A stretch of 64,000 nt of DNA from Myxococcota bacterium (GCA_965228475.1 OZ245817.1:1696001-1760000), one strand, 5' to 3'; positions 1 to 9,306 are shown, counted from the stretch's first letter. Notes: generated by a model from the sequence alone, not told the origin. Program-made: numbers and translations.

Positions 1-14
1 GGGGAAGAATGCCG

Positions 15-42
15 TCAAGTTCGGTGAAACGGGTTCCGATGG
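15..42 (+). promoter_or_regulatory. sigma28-like promoter motif upstream of histone-like gene
   Basis: TCAAG-N15-TCCGATGG, resembling the FliA-family TCAAG/TAAAG-N14/15-GCCGATA consensus. Confidence 0.35.
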
Positions 43-156
43 TTGGCGCAAGCGCCGTGTTCGCGAAAGCGGGCGGGGCGTGTGTCGTTGGTCTGTCGGG
101 TCCGTTCCCCGTTGGGCGCGGTACTCGGAGCCACACAACATGGGGGAAACCCAAAC

Positions 157-558
157 ATGGCCGCTCGTAAGCGGAAGGCCAAGAAGAAGGCCACAAAGAA
201 GGCCACGCGACGTCGGAAGACGACGCGGAAGAAGGCCACCAAGCGCAAGACCAAGAAGAAGGCCGCCAAGAAGAAGGCGACCAAGAAGAAGGCCAAGCGG
301 AAGGCCGCCAAGAAGAAGGCGACCAAGAAGAAGGCCAAGCGGAAGACCGCAAAGCGGAAGGCCGCGAAGCGCAAGACCAAGAAGAAGGCCAAGCGCAAGA
401 CCGCCAAGCGCAAGACCAAGAAGAAGGCCAAGCGCAAGACGGCGAAGCGCAAGACCAAGAAGAAGGCCAAGCGCAAGACTGCCAAGCGCAAGACCAAGCG
501 CAAGGCCAAGAAGAAGGCCACGAAGAAGGCTACGCGGCGCCGCCGCAAGAAGGCCTGA
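157..558 (+). CDS. Histone H1-like, Lys/Arg/Ala/Thr-rich basic nucleoid protein (133 aa)
   Basis: ATG at 157 after GGGGG; MAARKRKAKKKATKK...; almost only K/R/A/T, using AAG/GCC/ACC codons; followed by a terminator hairpin. Confidence 0.8.
   Translation: MAARKRKAKKKATKKATRRRKTTRKKATKRKTKKKAAKKKATKKKAKRKAAKKKATKKKAKRKTAKRKAAKRKTKKKAKRKTAKRKTKKKAKRKTAKRKTKKKAKRKTAKRKTKRKAKKKATKKATRRRRKKA
367..483 (+). repeat. 3 x 39-nt coding tandem repeat (KRKTKKKAKRKTA)
   Basis: aagcgcaagaccaagaagaaggccaagcgcaagacNgcS at 367, 406 and 445. Confidence 0.85.
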
Positions 559-606
559 TTCGGGTCGAAGCTTCAGCTCGCCCCACAAGGGTGGGCAGGC
601 TGCGGA

Positions 607-636
607 CCCCGGCCGACGCAAGTCGGCCGGGGTTTC
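607..636 (+). terminator. Probable intrinsic terminator
   Basis: CCCCGGCCGAC-GCAA-GTCGGCCGGGG: perfect 11-bp stem with GNRA loop, then TTTC. Confidence 0.65.
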
Positions 637-708
637 GTCCGTCTGGGGCTCGGTGGCGTTTGGAGCGGTTGGAGGGCTGGGCCGGGCCGCGGAGGCGCCC
701 CGGCGGGT

Positions 709-1998
709 TCAGCCGACGACGTCGATCGGGATCTCGATGTCGACCGTCGTGCCCTGGCCGATCTCGCTGCGGAGAGCGAGGGTTCCTTCGAGCAGGGTGA
801 TCAGGTCCTGGACGAGGGAGAGGCCGAGGCCCGCCCCGCGGAAGCGGTTCGAGCCCGTGTCGTCGACCTGGTAGAACTCGTCGAACACGGATTCCTGGTC
901 GTCCGGCGCGATGCCGATGCCGGTGTCCCGGATCGAGCAGCAGAGCCGGTCGTTCTCGACCCGCGCCGAGACCTCGATCGTGCCCTGGGGCGTGAACTTG
1001 GCGGCGTTGTCGAGCAGCAGGTAGAGCACCTGGTGGAGCTTCGCGAGGTCCGTGCGGATCTTCGGGAACGGTTCCTGGAGGCTCCGTTCGACGACCACGG
1101 GCTTGCCCTCGAAGGCGTCCTGGATGCTGAAGGTGACCTCCTCGACCACCTCGCGGAAGTTCACGTCCTGGACTTCCACGGGCAGCTCGCCCTGCTTGAT
1201 GCGCCAGAGGTCGAGGATGTTCTGGAGCGTGCGCAGGAAGCTCGTGCCCTCGTCGAGCGCGCCGCGCAGGCCGCTGCGGCTCTCCTCGGACAGGCCGTCG
1301 GTGTCGCTCGCCAGCACCGAGATGATCGCCTCGATGATGTTGTTGAGCGGCGCCCGCAGCTCGCGGGACATCTTCTCGATGAAGTCCTTCTTGAGCTTCT
1401 CGATCTTTCCGAGCTGCTCGTTGCTGCGGCGGAGCTCGATGTCCTGGGCGAAGAGCGCTTCGGAGAGCTTCAGGATCTCTTCCGCATCCTCTTCCGGGGG
1501 CGCGCCGCCGGCGGCGTCGGCCTTGCCCGCCGCGAGGAGGGCATGATCCAGCCGGATGGCGACGATCTCGGAGACGTGGGAGAGCGCCTGCCGGGCCGCA
1601 TCGGAAACCGTATTGGGTGCCGCGACGAGCAGGACGCCGTGCCAGCGGCTCCCGACGCACAGCGGAACCCCGACGAGGCCGCCGGCGCCGCGCACGCCGA
1701 GCGAGTCGAGCGGCGCGTAGGGCGTCGGCTCGGTGCGCTCGCGCAGATCCCGGAGGACGGGGAGCAGGGCCTCGGAGGCCTGGCGGGCCGCCGTCGGCGT
1801 CGCGAAGCCGGCTGCGGCGCGCAGCTGGGGCGCCGCGTCGCTCGGCGTCTCTTCGACGGAGGCGAACAGGAGAGCGAGACCGCCGCCGACGATCTCGACC
1901 GAGCGCGAGGTCGCCGCGCGGGCTGCCTGGGCGATGCCCTGGGTCAGGTCCGGGCCGGTGCTCGCCTCCGAGGCGCCGGTTTGCGTGGGATCGTTCAT
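709..1998 (-). CDS. GAF-like + HisKA/HATPase protein lacking the phospho-acceptor His (pseudokinase)
   Basis: H-box reads MSRELRAPL rather than SHELRTPL; intact N box (LLDNAAKFT), G1 (DTGIGI) and G2 (GAGLGL). Confidence 0.85.
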   Translation of the reverse strand: MNDPTQTGASEASTGPDLTQGIAQAARAATSRSVEIVGGGLALLFASVEETPSDAAPQLRAAAGFATPTAARQASEALLPVLRDLRERTEPTPYAPLDSLGVRGAGGLVGVPLCVGSRWHGVLLVAAPNTVSDAARQALSHVSEIVAIRLDHALLAAGKADAAGGAPPEEDAEEILKLSEALFAQDIELRRSNEQLGKIEKLKKDFIEKMSRELRAPLNNIIEAIISVLASDTDGLSEESRSGLRGALDEGTSFLRTLQNILDLWRIKQGELPVEVQDVNFREVVEEVTFSIQDAFEGKPVVVERSLQEPFPKIRTDLAKLHQVLYLLLDNAAKFTPQGTIEVSARVENDRLCCSIRDTGIGIAPDDQESVFDEFYQVDDTGSNRFRGAGLGLSLVQDLITLLEGTLALRSEIGQGTTVDIEIPIDVVG

Positions 1999-2007
1999 CG
2001 CCCCACC

Positions 2008-3144
2008 TCAGTCCGTCTCGATCTCGAGGATCTCGGTGCGGCCGGGTTCCTCGTCCCGCTCGCTGGCGGCGGCGCCTTCGAGGGAGAGCTTCGTCTGGAA
2101 GTCCGTCGGGTTGGTGGCGGCGTTCAGCGCCGTCTCCACCGAGATCTTGTTGGCGGTCACGAGGTCGAGCAGATGCTGGTCGAAGGTCTGCATCTTCTCG
2201 GTCTTGCCCTTGGCCATGAACTCGGTGATCGCCTCGTTCTTGGACGGATCCTTGATGCACTCGCGGATGCTGCGCGTGCTGCGCATGATCTCGACCGCGG
2301 GCACCCGCCCGGTCTTCTTCTTGTTGAGCAGCAGACGGAGCGAAACGACGGCCTTCAGGTTGTCCGCGAGCCGCGCCCGCACCTGGTTCTGCTCCTCGCT
2401 CGGGAAGAAGGAGACGAGCCGGTTGATCGTGCTGGCGACGTCGTTCGTGTGGATCGTCGAGAAGACCAGGTGGCCCGTCTCGGCGGCCTTGAGCGAGGTG
2501 TCGACCGTTTCGAGGTCGCGCATCTCGCCCACCATGATGACGTCCGGGTCCTGGCGCAGGGCGGCGCGCAGCGCGTCCGGGAAGCTCCCGGTGTCGGTTC
2601 CGATCTCGCGCTGGGTGACGATCGCCTTGTCCGGCTGGAACACGAACTCGATCGGGTCCTCGACGGTGACGATCTTGGCCTTGCGCGTGTGGTTGATCTC
2701 GTTGATCACCGTCGCGAGCGTGGTCGACTTGCCCATGCCGGTGGCACCGGTGACGAGCACGTAGCCGCGCCGGAGCGCGGCGAGGTCGGCGACGGAGGCG
2801 GGCAGGTTCAGCTCGTCCGCGCCCTGGACCTCGAGCGGGATCACGCGCAGGACGATGTTGTAGAAGCGGCGCTGGCGCGAGATGTTGACGCGGAAGCGGC
2901 CTTCGCCGGGCAGCTCGAAGGCGAGGTCGCGCTCGTTGAAGTCGAGGCCGAGGTCGCGCGGGTCGGACTCGACGAGAAGCTGGGCGATGCACTCCGTGTC
3001 TTCGGGGGTCAGCACCTTGTACCGCAGCTCGACCAGTTCGCCGTGGAAGCGGTAGAGCGGCAGATAGCCGACCTGGAAGTGGATGTCGGAGGCGCCCTTC
3101 TCGATCCCGAGACGCAGCAGCCGGAACAGTTTTTCGCGATCCAT
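2008..3144 (-). CDS. pilT: PilT/PilU-family type IV pilus retraction ATPase
   Basis: ASDIH, Walker A GATGMGKST, TVEDPIE, RAALRQDPDVIMVGEMRD, His box GHLVFSTIH, MQTFDQ; ATG at 3144. Confidence 0.9.
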   Translation of the reverse strand: MDREKLFRLLRLGIEKGASDIHFQVGYLPLYRFHGELVELRYKVLTPEDTECIAQLLVESDPRDLGLDFNERDLAFELPGEGRFRVNISRQRRFYNIVLRVIPLEVQGADELNLPASVADLAALRRGYVLVTGATGMGKSTTLATVINEINHTRKAKIVTVEDPIEFVFQPDKAIVTQREIGTDTGSFPDALRAALRQDPDVIMVGEMRDLETVDTSLKAAETGHLVFSTIHTNDVASTINRLVSFFPSEEQNQVRARLADNLKAVVSLRLLLNKKKTGRVPAVEIMRSTRSIRECIKDPSKNEAITEFMAKGKTEKMQTFDQHLLDLVTANKISVETALNAATNPTDFQTKLSLEGAAASERDEEPGRTEILEIETD

Positions 3145-3214
3145 CGAGGATCCCCTGGTGGAGGCTCTCGGGCCTCCTTGCGGAAGACATCGGATGGGAA
3201 CGTGCCCTGCTTGC

Positions 3215-3241
3215 GTATCGGCCTTTCGCCCCACGCCTTGA
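3215..3241 (-). promoter_or_regulatory. sigma28-like promoter upstream of pilT
   Basis: Minus strand reads TCAAG-N14-GCCGATAC, a close match to the FliA consensus. Confidence 0.6.
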
Positions 3242-3310
3242 CTTCTTCTCCGTCCGCGGCCTGAGGCTTCGTCGCCCGCCGCGGCGGGGCGGATCCCGGG
3301 CGGGCGTGGG

Positions 3311-3853
3311 GTGGACGCTATACTCCCGCCCGTGCGCACGACCTTCTCGTGGATAACCCTGGCCTGGCTCGTCGCGGCGGCGCCCGTGGTGCTCGCGGAC
3401 GAGCCGCCCGCGGCCCCGCTGGGCGCCGGGGCAGCCGAGGCCGACGCGCCGGCCTCGAAGCCCGTCGTGCCCCTCGAGCGCCTCTTCGAGCTGCCGAGCG
3501 GCTTCGAGACCCGGCCCGTGGAGAGGCGGTCCGGGAAGGACGAGGCCACCTGGCGCCGCCGCTTCGCCGACGCCCGCTCGGCCATCTCCTCCTCCGAGTC
3601 CGCCCTGGCGGCCTCGAAACGGGAACTCGCCGATCTCGCCGAGGACTCCAATGCCTGGACCCTCGCTCCGCCCGTGGGTGTTCCCGCCCAGAGCCACGAT
3701 GCGCCTCTTTCCTACCAGCTCCGCCAGAAGATCCGGCGCCAGGAGGGAGAGGTGGCTTCGGCGAAGGAGCAGCTGCTGAACCTCGAGGTGGAGGCCAACC
3801 TGAAGGGCGTCCCCGACGAGTGGCGGAGCGTGGAAGCTGCTTCCCGAAACTGA
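3311..3853 (+). CDS. Hypothetical exported coiled-coil protein
   Basis: Signal-peptide-like N-terminus (TLAWLVAAAPVVLA-DE), helical C-terminal half, GC3-biased codons; start 3311 or 3332. Confidence 0.65.
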   Translation: MDAILPPVRTTFSWITLAWLVAAAPVVLADEPPAAPLGAGAAEADAPASKPVVPLERLFELPSGFETRPVERRSGKDEATWRRRFADARSAISSSESALAASKRELADLAEDSNAWTLAPPVGVPAQSHDAPLSYQLRQKIRRQEGEVASAKEQLLNLEVEANLKGVPDEWRSVEAASRN

Positions 3854-4640
3854 CGAGGCCCTCCTGGCCTACGCCCAACCCGCCGGGCCGGCGCCCGGCG
3901 CGAAGGGTCTCTTCCCCGACGAGAGCTGGCTACGCCGTGTCTCCGGCTCACCCGTTGCGATCTTCGGAGGTGGTCGAGCACTCCTGCTCGAGGTGGCCCA
4001 TCCCTTCGTGGCGGCCGGCGTGGCGGAACACTCGGCGTATCGCACGGACCCCTTCGGCCGATTGCAACGCACCCTCGCGGCCATGTCGGCGATCACCTTC
4101 GGCACCGTCCCGGCGGCCCTGGCGGCAGCGCGCGGCGTCGAGCGTGCCCACGCGCACGTCGTCGGGACGCTCCCGGAGACGGTGGGGCGCTACCGGGCCG
4201 GAACTCCCTACAGCGGCCGCGATCCCGAAGCCGTGCGCTGGGTGTGGGCGACCCTCGCCGACACGGCCTGGTGCATCTACGAACGCTTCGTCGAGCCCCT
4301 CGACGCCGAGGCGTGCGAAGCCTACTACGCGGACCATCGGGTCCTGGCGCGGCTTCTCGGGGTTCCGGCCGAGATCGTGCCCGAAGACTGGCCGGGCTTC
4401 CGGGCCTACTTCGACGGCATGCTCGAGGGCGATGCCCTTGCGGTTTCGGCCCAGGCGCGGGACATCGCGCGCCACGTGCTCGCCGCGCCGGACCCGGTGA
4501 CGGGAGCGAAGGCCCGGACGATCACCGCCGGCCTGCTGCCCGAGGCCTACCGCACGGCCTTCGAGCTGCCGTGGGACGCCGCCGAAGCCGCGCGCTTCGA
4601 GGAGCTCATCGCTTCGGTCCGGCGCCTCCGGGCGGGCTAG
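3837..4640 (+). CDS. DUF2236 / MpaB-like oxygenase family protein
   Basis: GGGRALLLEVAHPFVAAGVAEHS, RLQRT, H..V.G, YSGRDPE..WVWATL motifs. Family-like sequence extends upstream of the GTG at 3993; probable CTG start at 3837 after GGAG. Confidence 0.75.
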   Translation: MLPETDEALLAYAQPAGPAPGAKGLFPDESWLRRVSGSPVAIFGGGRALLLEVAHPFVAAGVAEHSAYRTDPFGRLQRTLAAMSAITFGTVPAALAAARGVERAHAHVVGTLPETVGRYRAGTPYSGRDPEAVRWVWATLADTAWCIYERFVEPLDAEACEAYYADHRVLARLLGVPAEIVPEDWPGFRAYFDGMLEGDALAVSAQARDIARHVLAAPDPVTGAKARTITAGLLPEAYRTAFELPWDAAEAARFEELIASVRRLRAG

Positions 4641-4710
4641 GGCGGGGGAGGGCGCTTGCGGGGCGCCCGGGGATCGGGCACCCTGCCGCCGCCGCAACCG
4701 AGGAGCACCC

Positions 4711-4854
4711 ATGGCCGACCCGCAGAACGAAGAAGAGAACGAGGGCGTCGTCGACACGACCGCGATCCTCTACATCGTGGGCGGAATCCCGGCCATGGTC
4801 GCCTACTTCGTGATCCTGTTCCTGCTGGCGCGCTGGTTCAACGTCGCCGCCTAA
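4711..4854 (+). CDS. Small single-pass membrane protein (47 aa), absent from the ORF track
   Basis: AGGAG RBS at 4701; MADPQNEEENEGVVDTTAILYIVGGIPAMVAYFVILFLLARWFNVAA; typical codon usage. Confidence 0.7.
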   Translation: MADPQNEEENEGVVDTTAILYIVGGIPAMVAYFVILFLLARWFNVAA

Positions 4855-5076
4855 CTAAGGGCGCCTCCGGCCCCGGCTCCCGCCTCTCCTGGGCCCGCTC
4901 TTGCCGGTTCATTTTCCCCTCATTTCAGTTGCCTTCGTCCCGCCGCCCGTCGATGGCGCAGGCGGCGCTGCAACGTGTGGGCCGTGAAGGGCTTTTCGTT
5001 TCTCCAGAGATCTTGACCTCGCGAGACCAGGCGCAGGCTAAACCCCACACTCCCGATTTCCGAAACCGCCTCTGTC

Positions 5077-5817
5077 ATGAGTGCGGTACTTCCCCAACAC
5101 CCCATTCGCCTGTGCAGCCTTCTGGTGGCCCTCTGGGCCCTTGCCGGTGGGGCGACCCCCCTGGCTCCGGTCAGCGCCGGCCAGGCCAACTCCTACGACT
5201 ACTTCGAGAAGCCGAGCGCCCTCGACCCGTGGACGCCGAAGATCCGCGGCTGGCAGCTCCGGGAGCGGGCCCAGCCCGAGATCACCGAGCTGGCCGACCC
5301 GCCGCCGGCCGTCTCGACCAGCGGGCGCCCGACCGTGAAGGTCCGCGGCGAGAGCCTGCGCGACCGCTACTTCCGCTACCGAAGCGACACGAAGCGCGAG
5401 ATGGCCCGGGAGCTCGTCGGCTGGATGCAGAAGATCGCGAAGCGTCACTACGTCGCCGACGGTCTGGTCGATCACTGGGCGACGCTCCAGGAAACCCTCG
5501 ACCGCAACGGCGACGACTGCGACGGCCTCGAGCTGCTCGCCTACCACTTCCTGCGCGACCACGGCTTCTCCGAGGATGAGGTGTTCCGCGCGATCGTCTA
5601 CCGCCCCGACGACGGGCAACACCACATGGTGACGCTCTGGTTCGAGGACGCGCGCGACCCCTGGGTCCTCGATCCGACGGGCGCCATGACGAGCGGCATG
5701 CCCCGGCTCTCGGAGCGGCCGAAGTGGGTTCCCCTGAAGGTCTTCACCGAGACCGAGCAGTTCACCGTCCGCGAAGGCAGCGGGCTCGATACGAACCGCT
5801 ACGCCCACCGCCGCTAG
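5077..5817 (+). CDS. Transglutaminase-like cysteine peptidase (BTLCP/LapG-like), exported
   Basis: Signal peptide; DHWAT..ETL...GDDCDG (Cys), HHMV (His), WVLD (Asp) triad pattern. Confidence 0.75.
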   Translation: MSAVLPQHPIRLCSLLVALWALAGGATPLAPVSAGQANSYDYFEKPSALDPWTPKIRGWQLRERAQPEITELADPPPAVSTSGRPTVKVRGESLRDRYFRYRSDTKREMARELVGWMQKIAKRHYVADGLVDHWATLQETLDRNGDDCDGLELLAYHFLRDHGFSEDEVFRAIVYRPDDGQHHMVTLWFEDARDPWVLDPTGAMTSGMPRLSERPKWVPLKVFTETEQFTVREGSGLDTNRYAHRR

Positions 5818-5892
5818 GTTCCCGGGCCGAGGCATCGAGCCCCCGGCCGGACCGTTGGCCCCCGCCGGAACCCTCGGTTAGCGTCCGACTCC

Positions 5893-6717
5893 GTGTCCGA
5901 CCTGCCGCCCATCGACCCCGAACGCCTGCGCGAGCGGCGCGAGCGCGTCTTCCTGATCCTGGCCGGGATCTTCCTCGGGACCCTGGCCCTGCTGAACGTG
6001 CTCGGGATCAGCCGCTTCCTGCGCCTCGGCCAGATCGGCGAGGGGCCCGACGCCTGGGTCTTCGCCGTGGCCGTCGGTGTCCTGCCCTATCCCGTGACGT
6101 TCCTCTGCACGGACTTCATCTGCGAGCTCTACGGGCGCCGGCGGGCCAACTTCGTCGTGTTCGTCGGCCTGATCCTGAACCTCTGGGTCGTCGCCCTGCT
6201 CTGGCTCGGCGGAGAGCTGCCGGGCTTCTCGGTGATCGACCCGGCGACGGGCATGCCGCCCCGGGACGCCGACGACTGGGCCTTCTTCCGCATCCGCGAG
6301 CTGACCTTCGGCGCCGTGGCCGCCTCGATGTTCGCCTACCTGGCGGCGCAGTTCTGCGACGTCCAGCTCTTCCATTTCTGGAAGCGGCTCACGAAGGGCC
6401 GCCACCTCTGGCTGAGAAACAACGGCTCGACCGTCGTGAGCCAGATCGTCGATACCACCGCCGTCATCCTGATCACCCACTACTACGCGAACGCGCTGCC
6501 GATCAACGAGGACGCCCCGTTGGCGCGCCAGCTCGCGACGTTCATCGCGACCGGCTACGCGTTCAAGCTCGTCGTGGCGCTGCTCGACACGGTTCCGTTC
6601 TACATCGGCGTCCACTATCTCTCGCGCTACCTGCGGCTCGAGCCCGGTGAGGAGAAGACGGGGCTCGAGCTCGGCATGTTCGGCGCCGAGGGCGAAGGCA
6701 AGGGGGACCCCCGCTGA
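5893..6717 (+). CDS. Queuosine precursor transporter (YhhQ/VUT family)
   Basis: YPVTFLCTDFICELYG, AS..AYL.AQFCDV, HLWLRNNGST..SQIVDT motifs; multiple TM segments. Confidence 0.85.
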   Translation: MSDLPPIDPERLRERRERVFLILAGIFLGTLALLNVLGISRFLRLGQIGEGPDAWVFAVAVGVLPYPVTFLCTDFICELYGRRRANFVVFVGLILNLWVVALLWLGGELPGFSVIDPATGMPPRDADDWAFFRIRELTFGAVAASMFAYLAAQFCDVQLFHFWKRLTKGRHLWLRNNGSTVVSQIVDTTAVILITHYYANALPINEDAPLARQLATFIATGYAFKLVVALLDTVPFYIGVHYLSRYLRLEPGEEKTGLELGMFGAEGEGKGDPR

Positions 6718-7106
6718 GCGCCGCCGGGGAGCCCGGTCGACTGTTCGTCTACGGCACCCTGCGCCGGGGGCTCGCGCCGGCGCAGCTGGCCTGGCTCGAC
6801 GGCGTCGAACGCGAGCCGGCCGAGGTCGCGGGCCTGCTCCTCGACCTCGGCGACTACCCGGGCTTCCTGCCCGATCCCGGGGGCTCCGGCCGCGTGCGCG
6901 GGGAGCTCCTGGTCGTGACCGGAGAGCAGTGGGAGCCGCTCGATCGGTACGAGGGGTTCCATCCCGAGGATCCTGCGCGAAGCCTCTTCGTGCGCGAGCG
7001 GACGGTCGCCCGCGCGCCGTCGGGAGAGCATCCGTGCTGGATCTACCGGTACGCGGGCCCGCGTGCGGGGCACGACGTCGTGGCCTCGGGCGACTGGCTG
7101 GCCTAG
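6714..7106 (+). CDS. Gamma-glutamylcyclotransferase (AIG2-like) family protein
   Basis: RLFVYGTLRRG at 6738, DLGDYPG, V.GEL, LDRYEG, WIY. No in-frame ATG/GTG/TTG before the motif; CTG start at 6714 (CTGA overlap) or 6741. Confidence 0.8.
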   Translation: MSAAGEPGRLFVYGTLRRGLAPAQLAWLDGVEREPAEVAGLLLDLGDYPGFLPDPGGSGRVRGELLVVTGEQWEPLDRYEGFHPEDPARSLFVRERTVARAPSGEHPCWIYRYAGPRAGHDVVASGDWLA

Positions 7107-7113
7107 GCCGGCC

Positions 7114-9306
7114 CTAGGGTGCGCCTTCCACGTCGAGCTCGAGCTCCTTGCGCTGGCGCTCGGCCTCGGCCGCGGCCTTGGCGCGCTCGCGCTGGATCTC
7201 GACGAGGAGTTCCTTGCGCGCGGCCTCGGCGGCCTCGCGCTCCACGGCGATGCGGCCCCGCCGCAGTTCGAGCAGCTTGCGCTCGAGGAGCCGGTTCTTC
7301 TTGCTCACGAGTTCGCGCGGCACTTCGGGGTCCGCCTCGCCGGGCGCGTGCTGCAGGGTGACCTTCTGGCGCGCGACGCGGCCGTCGTCGGCGCGGGCGG
7401 TGACCTCGATCTCGTTGCGGCCGACCTCGAGCGGAACGAGCGCCGTCCAAGAGCCGTCGACGTTCAGCTGGACCTGCTCCGCCACGTCCCCGGTCGTTCG
7501 GTTCGTGAGCTCGACGCTCTCGATCTCCGTGAACTTCACGACCTCGACGACCTGGACGAGGTCGCCCGGGTCGCGCACCGGGGTGAAGAAGCCGTCGGTG
7601 CGCTCGGCCATCTCGACGACGGCGACCGGGCCGGCCAGGGCCTCCTGGCCGAGGGCGAAGGAGTGGATGCGCAGGCCGCCGCGGCGCGCGCGCTCCGCGG
7701 CCCGGAAGACGGCTTCGACGTTCGCCCGTTCGAGGTGGTCGTAGGGGAGGGTGGGCTGCCCGTCCGTGAAGAAGAGCACGATCTTCTCCGCCTCGGGGTC
7801 GACCTCGGAGAGCGAGCCCTGAAGGCCGAGGAGCTCGATCGTGGCCTGGTCGACGCCCGCGGCCATGTGGGTGAGCCCGCTCGGGCCCCGTTGGAAGACG
7901 CGCTTCAGGGCGGCGTCGACGAGCTCGTAGTCGCGCGTCAGCGGCTCCTCGGTGATGGCGGGCTGCCGCCGTCCGCCGCCGATGCGGAAGACGCCGGGCT
8001 GCGGGTCGTGGGCCGACTCCCCGGCGAAGGTCACGAGGCCGACCCGGGTGCTGCGCGGATCGAGCCCGAGCAGGAGCTGTCGCGCCGCGAGGATCTCGGC
8101 GGCCAGCACGGAGTCGCCCGGGTCCGTCATGCCGAGCCCGAAGATCCCGCCGACCGGGCCGAGAGGGAGCTTCCCGACCCTGCCGTCCCCGTCGACGTCG
8201 TGGCCCGTCGGCTCGTGGGTCGAGCCCGAGGTGTCGATCACGAAGATCACGTCGAACTTCTTGAACTCGCCGTGGACGGCCATCGCGCGGCCGGCCAGGA
8301 AGGCGCCGGCCCGGTTGCCGACGACGGCTTCTTCGCCGGGATACTCGACGGCCAGGCGCAGCTCGCTCTCGCCGACGCCCTGGTCGACGTAGCGGCGCGG
8401 CGGGGACGGGCGCGAAGCCGCAGCGGTCGTGGTCCGGTTGCTCGAGGCGACGGGGACCGGCCGCATGCGCTTCGGGTCGGGGACGCCGTCGTCCTCCTCG
8501 GCCTCGCGGTCGAAGGGGTTGCCCTTGGGCGGCGTGAGCTCCCAGGCGTAGTTCTCGTAGTGGGAGAACGGCTGGCCGAGCCCCTTGGCCAGCGGCGTCT
8601 TCAAGGCGTCGAGGACGCCGTCGATCGGTGCGATGCCGAGGCGGTAGGTTCCGCCGATGGGCCACGCGCCCTCGAGAATGCCGAGCACCCGGCCCGACCC
8701 CTCGGCCACGACCGGCGCTCCGCCCCAGCCGCGCAGGTCCTCCGGCGCGTCGAGGTCCACCTCGATCCGTTCGTTGCTGACCTCGACGAGCGTCCCGCGC
8801 AGCTCGGTCTGGTCGCTGCGCCCGACGTTCGGAATGCCGAGGATGCGGACCCGCTCTCCGGCGCGCGGAAGCTTCCCGACCGCCGGGTCGAGGATGCGCA
8901 CGCCGCTCGGCGCGAGGTCGAGGGCGAAGACGATGAAGTCGCCGCGGAGCGTGCCGCCCGGGAGTCGGAAGGGTTTGCCCGGCTTGGCGAGGTAGCGGCT
9001 GGCGACCGAGACCTGGGTTCCGGAGCCCGGCAGCATGAAACGGACCTCGCCGGCCTGCCCGAGCTTCTCGAGGTCGAAGGAGTGGGCGGCCCCGACGGCC
9101 ACGAAGCCGACGTCGTCGGCCGGGACGTCCTGGGGAAGCGCCAGGAAGAAGACCGTGCTGTGGGATTGGAGCTCTCCCCCGTGGTGGTAGGTCGGGCGCG
9201 CTACGGCGGGGGCGCTCTGGGAGCCAGGCTGGGCGGCCGCCGGCGCCGCCGCGGCCAGGACGAAACAGAGGGCCAGCGCGGAGCGGAGTGCGGGGCAGCT
9301 CGTCAT
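7114..9306 (-). CDS. Exported protein: trypsin-like N-terminal domain + VWA domain + Ig-like/coiled-coil tail
   Basis: Signal peptide; GAAHS / GDFIVF / GWGGAP trypsin-like motifs; MIDAS DTSGS, RVGLVTF, GLT, FFTDG. Confidence 0.8.
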   Translation of the reverse strand: MTSCPALRSALALCFVLAAAAPAAAQPGSQSAPAVARPTYHHGGELQSHSTVFFLALPQDVPADDVGFVAVGAAHSFDLEKLGQAGEVRFMLPGSGTQVSVASRYLAKPGKPFRLPGGTLRGDFIVFALDLAPSGVRILDPAVGKLPRAGERVRILGIPNVGRSDQTELRGTLVEVSNERIEVDLDAPEDLRGWGGAPVVAEGSGRVLGILEGAWPIGGTYRLGIAPIDGVLDALKTPLAKGLGQPFSHYENYAWELTPPKGNPFDREAEEDDGVPDPKRMRPVPVASSNRTTTAAASRPSPPRRYVDQGVGESELRLAVEYPGEEAVVGNRAGAFLAGRAMAVHGEFKKFDVIFVIDTSGSTHEPTGHDVDGDGRVGKLPLGPVGGIFGLGMTDPGDSVLAAEILAARQLLLGLDPRSTRVGLVTFAGESAHDPQPGVFRIGGGRRQPAITEEPLTRDYELVDAALKRVFQRGPSGLTHMAAGVDQATIELLGLQGSLSEVDPEAEKIVLFFTDGQPTLPYDHLERANVEAVFRAAERARRGGLRIHSFALGQEALAGPVAVVEMAERTDGFFTPVRDPGDLVQVVEVVKFTEIESVELTNRTTGDVAEQVQLNVDGSWTALVPLEVGRNEIEVTARADDGRVARQKVTLQHAPGEADPEVPRELVSKKNRLLERKLLELRRGRIAVEREAAEAARKELLVEIQRERAKAAAEAERQRKELELDVEGAP

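Noticed and set aside
15..548. Hydrophobic repetitive 177-aa minus-strand ORF
   Set aside because: Antisense mirror of the Lys-rich gene (AAG read as CTT/TTC); the RBS and terminator support the plus strand
157..558. Short repeats resembling a CRISPR or satellite array
   Set aside because: In-frame coding repeats with no unique spacers and no cas genes
5039..5066. TAAA...TCCGAAAC sigma28-like motif before the BTLCP gene
   Set aside because: Spacing is off by one and the -10 match is poor
5818..5892. preQ1 riboswitch ahead of the queuosine precursor transporter
   Set aside because: No AGAGGTTCTAG-like stem or A-rich tail; the region is short and GC-rich
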